Source: a virus. Taken from it: a stretch of DNA of 45,006 bases. The notes under the pieces are model-generated. The model was not told the origin of the DNA. It did no database searches and was given only the letters and a program-made list of their open reading frames with translations. Position numbers and translations under genes: made by a program. Location: UHGV virus genome UHGV-0250353; one strand, 5' to 3'. How positions within the stretch are numbered: the stretch's first letter is position 1; each line of letters begins with the position of its first letter. Positions 33,565-40,967 of the stretch are shown here, piece after piece.

Positions 33565-35810
33565 GTTACCTGTTCTTAGACTTTGAAACATTCTCCGAAG
33601 CCGATTTGAAGAAAGTCGGTTCCTACGCTTACGCCGAACATCCGTCAACCGAAGTGCTTATCTGTACATACGCTTTTGACGACGCGCCGGTGCAGGTATG
33701 GGATTGCACAGACGGCAGCGACATGCCTGGGGATTTGCATCGCGCGTTACGCCGTCTGGTGAAGCCAAACAGTCGCATCAAGATGGTGTGGCATAACGGT
33801 GGACTTTTCGATAGGCTCATCATGAAGCACTGCTGGGGCTTTGATATTCCGGTAAGCAACACCATTGATACGATGATTTGGGCGTTTCGTCACGCGTTGC
33901 CGGGTTCTCTTGATGCACTGTGCGAAGTGTTGGGCGTATCTGCGGACAACGCAAAAGACAAACGCGGCAAGGCGCTGATTCAGCGTTTCTCTAAACCGAC
34001 GCCGAAGAACTACAAAATCCGCCGTTACACCGCAGAAACACACCCGGACGAGTGGGCACTGTTCATCAAGTACGCCGTTAGCGACATCACTGCGATGCGT
34101 GAAGTATTCCATAAGCTGCCGCGGTGGGGTAACTCCGAGTTCGAGGACCGCGTACTGGAACTGGACCAGTTAATCAATGACCGGGGGTTTAAGGTTGACG
34201 TAGCGCTGGCGGAAGCCGCGATTGCAGCCGTGGAGAAACACAAAGCGCAGTTACAAGAAGAAGCCCAACGCAAATACGGCGGCTCGCTTACGGGTAAAGA
34301 CTTTCTGCCTATTCTGCGCGAACTAGCTCCTGCGCACCGCATCCACAACGCACAGAAGTCTACGCTTAACGACCTGCTGGCGGACGATGATTTACCGGAC
34401 GACGCACGCACGATTATCGAAATGCGCCTCGGGGCCGCGTCCACAGCGTCAACGAAATATAACCCGCTACTGTTGGGCCGCTCTTCTGACGACCGACGTC
34501 GCGGTTGTATCCAGTACGGCGGGGCCAAGCGTACGTTACGGTTTGCGGGTAAAGGCTTCCAGCCGCAGAACCTGGCGCGCGGGTACTATCACGACGACCC
34601 GAAGAATAAAAAGAAGAAAGTACGTTATGACTGGATGTCAGAGAAGGACTGGTGGAGAGTAACACACCCATTGTCCTACGGAATCGACCTGTTGTTTAAA
34701 GGCCGTGCACACCGCCGTTTTGATGTAGCCAAACTAACGGCATCGACGGTGCGTAGCTGCATCATACCGGAAGCAGGACATAAGTTTGTCGTCGCCGATT
34801 ACTCTAACGTTGAAGGCCGTGGTTTGGCGTGGCTGGCTGGAGAAGAAACCGCGCTCGATACGTTCCGCGCCGGGCTGGATATTTACTGCGTAACCGCGGG
34901 TAAGATGTTCGGAATGGACCCTGATTACATTCTCGAAAGCCGTAGTGACCTACGCCAGATTGGTAAAGCCTGCGAACTGGGTCTCGGCTACGCAGGCGGC
35001 GTAGGTGCTTTCGTTCAGTTTGCTAAGAACCTCGGCTTAAACCTTGTTGATATGGCAAAAACAATGGACGGGACATTCCCCGACCATATATGGGCCGCTA
35101 CTGCACGCGGCTATGAATGGGCACGTATTCAGGAAGCCAAGCGACCTCCGCGGCCAGGTGAAAAGGATGACCGACCATCGTATATTCTTGATAAGAAAGT
35201 GTGGCGTACCTGCGACGCTATCAAGCGCATGTGGCGTGAGTCACACCCGGAAACAGTAGCTTTCTGGCGTGATATTGAAGACGCGGCTATGGCGGCTATC
35301 CGCAACCCTGGCAAAGAGTTCACCGCAGGCCCGCGCGGCGTTAAGTTTTCGCGTAACGTGGAGACAGACAACAACGGCAACAAAGTCGCTGGTTGGTGGT
35401 TGCGCATGACGTTGCCGTCAGGTCGCGTTATGTCCTACCCGGGCGTCGGGTTAAGCGTGTCGAAAGAAACAGACGAAGATGGAAAAGTGTCTACTAACGT
35501 GCGCATCAAGTACCAGGGCGAGAACCAGCTAACCCGTCAGTGGGGTTTCCAATACACCTACTCTGGTAAACTGGTGGAAAACTGCACTCAGGCGCTATGC
35601 CGTGATTTGCTGGCTAATGCGCTGCTGAACGTCGAAGCAAACGGCTATCCAATTGTACTTCATGTCCACGATGAGATTATCTGCGAGACACCAGACACTC
35701 CCGAGTACACGGTGGCTGAACTTGAGCGGTTGATGTGCGAATTACCGGAATGGGCCGAGGGGTTCCCTCTTGTAGCGGAAGGTCAGGAGTTAAAACGTTA
35801 TGCTAAGTAA
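33561..35810 (+). CDS. family A DNA polymerase with 3'-5' exonuclease domain
   Basis: LFLDFETFS exo motif at N-terminus, HVHDEII motif C near C-terminus; ATG 33561 with AAGGAAAAAG RBS. Confidence 0.85.
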   Translation: MSYLFLDFETFSEADLKKVGSYAYAEHPSTEVLICTYAFDDAPVQVWDCTDGSDMPGDLHRALRRLVKPNSRIKMVWHNGGLFDRLIMKHCWGFDIPVSNTIDTMIWAFRHALPGSLDALCEVLGVSADNAKDKRGKALIQRFSKPTPKNYKIRRYTAETHPDEWALFIKYAVSDITAMREVFHKLPRWGNSEFEDRVLELDQLINDRGFKVDVALAEAAIAAVEKHKAQLQEEAQRKYGGSLTGKDFLPILRELAPAHRIHNAQKSTLNDLLADDDLPDDARTIIEMRLGAASTASTKYNPLLLGRSSDDRRRGCIQYGGAKRTLRFAGKGFQPQNLARGYYHDDPKNKKKKVRYDWMSEKDWWRVTHPLSYGIDLLFKGRAHRRFDVAKLTASTVRSCIIPEAGHKFVVADYSNVEGRGLAWLAGEETALDTFRAGLDIYCVTAGKMFGMDPDYILESRSDLRQIGKACELGLGYAGGVGAFVQFAKNLGLNLVDMAKTMDGTFPDHIWAATARGYEWARIQEAKRPPRPGEKDDRPSYILDKKVWRTCDAIKRMWRESHPETVAFWRDIEDAAMAAIRNPGKEFTAGPRGVKFSRNVETDNNGNKVAGWWLRMTLPSGRVMSYPGVGLSVSKETDEDGKVSTNVRIKYQGENQLTRQWGFQYTYSGKLVENCTQALCRDLLANALLNVEANGYPIVLHVHDEIICETPDTPEYTVAELERLMCELPEWAEGFPLVAEGQELKRYAK

Positions 35811-35931
35811 ACTGATTATCGCGGTACTGGCGGGATTTGCCGCCGGTGTCTACTGTCACGAGGGCCAATACGGCATGATTGTCGCCGTAGTGGGCATGTT
35901 CATCGCAATTTATCTGTGGGTGCTGGAATGA
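35800..35931 (+). CDS. small membrane peptide (43 aa)
   Basis: hydrophobic; part of ATGA-coupled chain 35800-36166 (includes a 29-aa Cys-rich micro-ORF 35928..36017); hand translation. Confidence 0.3.
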   Translation: MLSKLIIAVLAGFAAGVYCHEGQYGMIVAVVGMFIAIYLWVLE

Positions 35932-36013
35932 AAATTTACTGGTTCTATGAAGAAGACCGTCGAATCTGCCCGCGCTGCGGTATTGAGCATACAAAACGCG
36001 AGGGGTGCGTATT

Positions 36014-36166
36014 ATGACAATGTTTGTATTTTGGACGATGGTAACCCTGCTCGCACTGCTACTCGGCGCAGGAATAGCCGCGATGTTCTGTTATAGCCTG
36101 TTCTTTAAGTTTGTTGGCGTTGCCGTCCTCGGTGGAGCTTTCCTTACATGGGTTCTGCGCGCATGA
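36014..36166 (+). CDS. small membrane peptide (50 aa)
   Basis: hydrophobic; ATGA overlaps both sides; hand translation. Confidence 0.3.
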   Translation: MTMFVFWTMVTLLALLLGAGIAAMFCYSLFFKFVGVAVLGGAFLTWVLRA

Positions 36167-36447
36167 CCCCGGAAGGCAAGATTCAGAAATACGCAAAAGA
36201 GAGGTTCGAGGCCCTGGGCGGCCTCGTTAGAAAATTGTCGTACGAAAATAGAGTAGGCGCTCCTGACCTGCTGGTGATTCTCCCCTGGAGCATCGTCTGG
36301 TTCGTCGAGGTGAAGAAAGACGAAAACACGAAGCCAGACCCGCACCAGCTACGTGAGCACGAGCGGATGCGCAAACGCGGTGCAAATGTTTTTGTCGTTG
36401 GTTCGTTTAAACAGGTTGACGACCTAATAGCGAACTATTATAGTTAG
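36163..36447 (+). CDS. VRR-NUC domain nuclease
   Basis: GAPDLLVI...WFVEVKK PD-(D/E)XK signature; ATG 36163. Confidence 0.65.
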   Translation: MTPEGKIQKYAKERFEALGGLVRKLSYENRVGAPDLLVILPWSIVWFVEVKKDENTKPDPHQLREHERMRKRGANVFVVGSFKQVDDLIANYYS

Positions 36448-36477
36448 GCACACACCAACAATATAAGGAATTGAGAA

Positions 36478-36669
36478 ATGAAACACGAATATGACCGCAA
36501 ACCCGCACGTGACATCGTACCTGGTGACATGATTTTCAACGTTAAGACCCGTCGTCCTGTTGCCGTTGATACGGTGTACGTCGAGTCGAATGGTAAACTG
36601 GTTATCGAAGATGTAACTGGTAACGTTACGGCGTTCGGGCGTAAAGAGTTAGTTCTGGTGGCGAAATGA
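36478..36669 (+). CDS. hypothetical protein
   Basis: ORF track 63 aa. Confidence 0.5.
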   Translation: MKHEYDRKPARDIVPGDMIFNVKTRRPVAVDTVYVESNGKLVIEDVTGNVTAFGRKELVLVAK

Positions 36670-37349
36670 TTGTCTGGTCATTGTTTGACGGTTCGGGCCT
36701 TATGGCCCAACCGTGGGCAGAAGCAGGCCATACTTGCTATTGTTTCAACTACGACGGTGCCGACCACGGCGACTACGCACGATTGGGCGCAAAAGTTGAA
36801 CACGAGAACATCCACTATATAAACGCGTGGATTGATAATAAGTTCGACTTCGAGGTTGCGCCAGATATTATTTTTTCGTTCCCTCCGTGCACAGATTTAG
36901 CCGTTAGTGGCGCTGCGCATTTCGAAACCAAGCGGAAGAAGAACCCAACGTTTCAGGTAGGGGCCGTTATCACATGTAAAGTGGCTGCGCGTCTGGCTAA
37001 AAAGTACAACGTACCCTATATGATTGAGAACCCGGTTAGCGTTCTTTCGTCTTTATGGCGTAAACCCGATTACGTGTTCAATCCTTACGACTACGGAGGT
37101 TATCTACCGGAAAACGACACACATCCAATGTTCCCAGAGTACATAAAACCGAGGGACGCGTACCCTAAAAAGACATGTCTTTGGGTGGGTAATGGTTTCG
37201 TAATGCCGGTTAAGTCGGGTGTTGCCGTGGGTGATGGGTATTCTGACCAGCACAACAAACTTGGCGGTAAATCAGTGCGGACAAAAACAATCCGCAGCCT
37301 CACCCCGCGGGGTTTTGCAAAAGCAGTTTACGAGGCTAATCATGTCTAA
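36666..37349 (+). CDS. C5-cytosine methyltransferase-like protein (short, no obvious target-recognition domain)
   Basis: motif I-like SLFDGSGL, motif IV-like FPPCTDLAVSG, motif VI-like MIENPV in canonical order. Confidence 0.45.
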   Translation: MIVWSLFDGSGLMAQPWAEAGHTCYCFNYDGADHGDYARLGAKVEHENIHYINAWIDNKFDFEVAPDIIFSFPPCTDLAVSGAAHFETKRKKNPTFQVGAVITCKVAARLAKKYNVPYMIENPVSVLSSLWRKPDYVFNPYDYGGYLPENDTHPMFPEYIKPRDAYPKKTCLWVGNGFVMPVKSGVAVGDGYSDQHNKLGGKSVRTKTIRSLTPRGFAKAVYEANHV

Positions 37350-38766
37350 GTTTCAAAGGCGCGAGTACCAGAAACTCATGACTTCGTTCATGTTGCGGCA
37401 CCATCGCTGTAACATATGGGCGAGCATGGGCGCCGGGAAGACTGGCAGCGTACTGTGGGCATTAAACCGACTGTTCCGCAACGGTCAAATTAACGATGAC
37501 GACCGCGTGTTAATCCTTGCCCCGTTGCGCGTTGCGTCCGGCACATGGCCAGCAGAACAAGAAAAATGGCAATTCCCGTGTCTACGTGTCGTCGATGCAA
37601 CTGGTTCGGAGAAGCGCCGCATCGCGGCGCTGGAGTCTGACGCTAACGTGGTGTGCACGAACTACGAAGTTATCGAGTGGCTGATTGACTACTACGGCAA
37701 AGACGACTGGCCTTTTACGGTTATCGTTGCCGATGAGAGCACGAAACTGAAGTCATTCCGCAGCCGTTCTGGAGGTAGCAAGCGGGCAAAGGCGCTCAGC
37801 AAAGTGGCGTTCGGTAAAGTTAAGCGTTTTATCAACCTGACTGGTACGCCGTCGCCGAACGGCCTCAAAGACTTGTGGGGTCAGAACTGGTTTATCGACG
37901 CTGGCGAGCGCCTGGGGTCGTCGTACACGGCATTCACCGACCGATGGTTTAACTCTGTACAGAAAGGCAAATCCGCGATGGCGCGTGAGTATCATGCGCG
38001 CCCTGGCGCGGATAATGAAATTCACCAGAAGATGAAGGACATCAGTCTTACGATTGATGCCGCTGAGTGGTTCGGTTGTGAAGCGCCGATTATTGTTCCA
38101 GTTGAAATCGACCTGCCGAAGAAAGCACGTCAGGCGTACATCGATATGGAGGAAAAGTTATTCGCGGAACTGGAGAGCGGGGAAGTTGAAGCGGCTAACG
38201 CGGCGGCGAAGACGTCGAAGTGTTTGCAGATTGCATCCGGTGCCGTATATGTATCCGGGCCAGACGGCGACGCAACCAAAGACTGGGAGAAAGTGCACGA
38301 CACGAAACTTGATGCTCTTGAGTCAATTGTTGAGGAGTTACAGGGTTCGCCGCTATTGGTGGCCTATCAGTTCAAGCACGAACTGGAGCGTATCCTTAAG
38401 CGATTCCCGCAGGCGCAGGCGTTTTCTAAAGGTGCGAAGGGTAATAAGCAGATGGAAGCGTGGAACCGAGGAGAGATACCTATGCTATTGATACACCCAG
38501 CCTCCGCAGGCCACGGGCTGTCGCTACAACACGGCGGGCATCACATGGCTTTTATGAGTCAGGGATGGAACCTGGAACACTATTTGCAGGTTATCGAGCG
38601 AATAGGTCCGGTAAGGCAGATGCAGTCTGGGTACAAACGGTCGGTATTCATTTATCAAATAATAGCCCGAGATACTCTTGATGAAGTTGTCTCCGCTCGT
38701 ACAGACGAGAAAAGGTCTGTACAGGACGAACTACTTAACTATATGAAGAGAAGGAGTAAGAAATGA
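37342..38766 (+). CDS. SNF2-like superfamily 2 helicase
   Basis: Walker A GAGKTG, motif II VIVADESTK, motif V-like LLIHPASAGHGLSL; ATG 37342 (ATGA overlap). Confidence 0.7.
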   Translation: MSKFQRREYQKLMTSFMLRHHRCNIWASMGAGKTGSVLWALNRLFRNGQINDDDRVLILAPLRVASGTWPAEQEKWQFPCLRVVDATGSEKRRIAALESDANVVCTNYEVIEWLIDYYGKDDWPFTVIVADESTKLKSFRSRSGGSKRAKALSKVAFGKVKRFINLTGTPSPNGLKDLWGQNWFIDAGERLGSSYTAFTDRWFNSVQKGKSAMAREYHARPGADNEIHQKMKDISLTIDAAEWFGCEAPIIVPVEIDLPKKARQAYIDMEEKLFAELESGEVEAANAAAKTSKCLQIASGAVYVSGPDGDATKDWEKVHDTKLDALESIVEELQGSPLLVAYQFKHELERILKRFPQAQAFSKGAKGNKQMEAWNRGEIPMLLIHPASAGHGLSLQHGGHHMAFMSQGWNLEHYLQVIERIGPVRQMQSGYKRSVFIYQIIARDTLDEVVSARTDEKRSVQDELLNYMKRRSKK

Positions 38767-38951
38767 AATTGTTTTGTGTTAGCTCAAACGTACCTGAGTT
38801 CAAAGAGGGTGAAGAATATCTGGCCTACTATAACGGCATTGAGTACCGCGTAATTTATGATGACTCGGGCTACATAATCGCCGATTACGATGATGACTCG
38901 GGCTACATAATCGCCGAGTTCTTTAACGACGGTTTGGTGGAGTTCGAATGA
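38763..38951 (+). CDS. hypothetical protein with internal duplication
   Basis: ORF track 62 aa; contains perfect 27-nt direct repeat 38858..38884 / 38891..38917. Confidence 0.5.
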   Translation: MKLFCVSSNVPEFKEGEEYLAYYNGIEYRVIYDDSGYIIADYDDDSGYIIAEFFNDGLVEFE

Positions 38952-39088
38952 TGAACATCATAGCCCCGATTCCGGCATTGCAAAAACGTATCAAGGAACT
39001 TGAGGAGGAGGTTCTACGACTACGGCAGCAAAGAGATGCCGCTAATGCGCAACTGGCGTTTGTACTGGAGAAGTTATCAGAAGAGTAG
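38948..39088 (+). CDS. small coiled-coil protein (46 aa)
   Basis: ATGA overlap with upstream gene; hand translation MMNIIAPIPALQKRIKELEEEVLRLRQQ... Confidence 0.35.
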   Translation: MMNIIAPIPALQKRIKELEEEVLRLRQQRDAANAQLAFVLEKLSEE

Positions 39089-39092
39089 AGAA

Positions 39093-39119
39093 AAGGCCCC
39101 AAACGGGGCCTTAGTTTTA
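39093..39119. terminator. bidirectional intrinsic terminator AAGGCCCC-AAAC-GGGGCCTT + TTTT
   Basis: near-identical to terminator 6971..6996; between convergent replication arm and tailspike. Confidence 0.6.
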
Positions 39120-40955
39120 GATAGATACATTACCAGCAACCTTCCACACACCAGAGCCAACATGAACCCATTTATAAGGTTGCCCTGCAATCGGCGTAAT
39201 AAGCTCCCATCGTGCCCCGTTTCCGAATTGTGTAACCGACACGTCAGGCGGAACGCTCCCGTATACGTGTGCAATGCCATTAATGAGGTACCCGGTAGCA
39301 GTCCAGGATGAAGTACCCCAAACGGTGTAATTACCATTATAGTGTGAGTAGTTTAGCCATGATGTTGAAGCCCCCCACAGGACTCTGGAAGCCTCCGGTG
39401 CAACAGTGTTATCAATGTTAAGAGTAGTGTCATTAACTTGCCAGTATTTGCTAGTATGTGAGCCAGAGAACTCTGGTAAGTAACTTGCTGTAATCGTCAC
39501 ACCGCATTGTGTAAATATGCATGCAACCACACCTGTATCCACAAGGTTAACACCACGGAACCCATTAATAACCATTCTTGACTGATTACACTCAAAGAAA
39601 CTTCCGTGTATTTCTTCGGCCCCACAGCCATCCATCACTACACTAGTACACCCTAAGAATACATAAGCGGAACCAGTTACATAATCCGCGGCACAACCTT
39701 TAAGATTGGAATAAGTAATGTTAGTAAACTTATATGCCCAACGGGATACATTCCTGACATAAACATTATTTAAGTTAAAGGTCGTACCACCAGTATCTAC
39801 AGAAATACCATCTTGAACATCTTTAATGAGAAGTGAATCAAACACCTGAAGCCAGCTATTACTTGTTCGGTACCCTGTCATCACGTTTTCTATATACAGG
39901 TCTTCTAATCGAACCATGTAACTAATCGCGCTATAGATGCCATAGGCATTTTTGGCGGGAGCAGCTCCAATTAAGCTCATCCCAGTTATTCCTCCGGAAC
40001 GACTAAAGTTACCGGTTAAATCACCAGCCTCACTGGAATCCATATCTATAGCGGCGATAAAATCAAGCGAAAAGCTATGCGGCGCACCCTGCCATATACG
40101 ATCAGGAACTGTTTTAATATCGTTGCCTGTTTTGCGTAGGCCGCAGGAGTCTCTGCCAATCCCCTCCCACATGACGCGGGGAGGGCGTATAGCTCCATAC
40201 TTAATATCATAAAAATCTGAGAATCTTAACTTACCTCCAGTCTGTGGAAGGCAAGAATGAATACGCTCAAGAGCTTCACTGTTTTGCTCAGCTGTACGAG
40301 ATGCCATCATGCCGCCGTTCTCTACCGGAATATCGATGTGGCTTCCTGCTCTCTTCCAGCGCTTACCTCCGGGGGTAACAAAAATATTCACACCATCATC
40401 AGCTTCAGAACTGGAAAAGGCTATAAATGTTCCTCCCCCAAGCCCGGGTGTGTCAGAGTAGTAGCCGCGTACCGTGATAACTTGGTTAGATACGGTTGGT
40501 TCTATCGTCCGCAGAGTAGCCACATCGGGGCAAGTTCCTACTAATTTTTCTCCGTCGATTTCGGATAATTCTTCGCGTAAATTCGGGTCGGTCTGCGGCT
40601 TCCAGTTAAAGTTACCAACCGGGTTAAATGATGCGGGGACAACAACCGGCAACGTACCCGCATACGAGTACCACGTCTTGCTTACAGGGTCATACACCAC
40701 TTTGTCGCGGTCATTAACTGTTAACGTACCGCCGGTGGAAAAGTCCCACGATACAGGAGAAAAACCTGCATCGCGCAACACGGCCGGAAGCGTCTTCTGT
40801 GTCTGCCCGGTAACCTGATTTGTCGCGTAATCGATATCAGCGCCACCAGCAACACCACCGGATTTACCGGTGATAACTTCGGCTTCGAAAATCTGGTGCT
40901 TCTTGGCGGTTTGCAAATCCGCCAGGCTTAGAACGTCACCGCATCCGCTTGACAT
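39117..40955 (-). CDS. tailspike / tail fibre with beta-helix-like repeats (putative depolymerase)
   Basis: 612 aa, last gene of tail module; repetitive Gly/Asn/Val-rich middle typical of parallel beta-helix; GAGGA RBS. Confidence 0.6.
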   Translation of the reverse strand: MSSGCGDVLSLADLQTAKKHQIFEAEVITGKSGGVAGGADIDYATNQVTGQTQKTLPAVLRDAGFSPVSWDFSTGGTLTVNDRDKVVYDPVSKTWYSYAGTLPVVVPASFNPVGNFNWKPQTDPNLREELSEIDGEKLVGTCPDVATLRTIEPTVSNQVITVRGYYSDTPGLGGGTFIAFSSSEADDGVNIFVTPGGKRWKRAGSHIDIPVENGGMMASRTAEQNSEALERIHSCLPQTGGKLRFSDFYDIKYGAIRPPRVMWEGIGRDSCGLRKTGNDIKTVPDRIWQGAPHSFSLDFIAAIDMDSSEAGDLTGNFSRSGGITGMSLIGAAPAKNAYGIYSAISYMVRLEDLYIENVMTGYRTSNSWLQVFDSLLIKDVQDGISVDTGGTTFNLNNVYVRNVSRWAYKFTNITYSNLKGCAADYVTGSAYVFLGCTSVVMDGCGAEEIHGSFFECNQSRMVINGFRGVNLVDTGVVACIFTQCGVTITASYLPEFSGSHTSKYWQVNDTTLNIDNTVAPEASRVLWGASTSWLNYSHYNGNYTVWGTSSWTATGYLINGIAHVYGSVPPDVSVTQFGNGARWELITPIAGQPYKWVHVGSGVWKVAGNVSI

Positions 40956-40967
40956 ATAGAGTCCTCT

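Noticed and set aside
33629-34671. Minus-strand ORFs of 78-167 aa inside the DNA polymerase gene
   Set aside because: Antisense to a polymerase with clear motifs; Arg/Ser-rich products; no RBS.
39117-40955. P22-type endorhamnosidase tailspike identity
   Set aside because: No resemblance by eye to the P22 tailspike N-terminal head-binding or C-terminal regions as recalled; only a generic beta-helix-like composition is supported.
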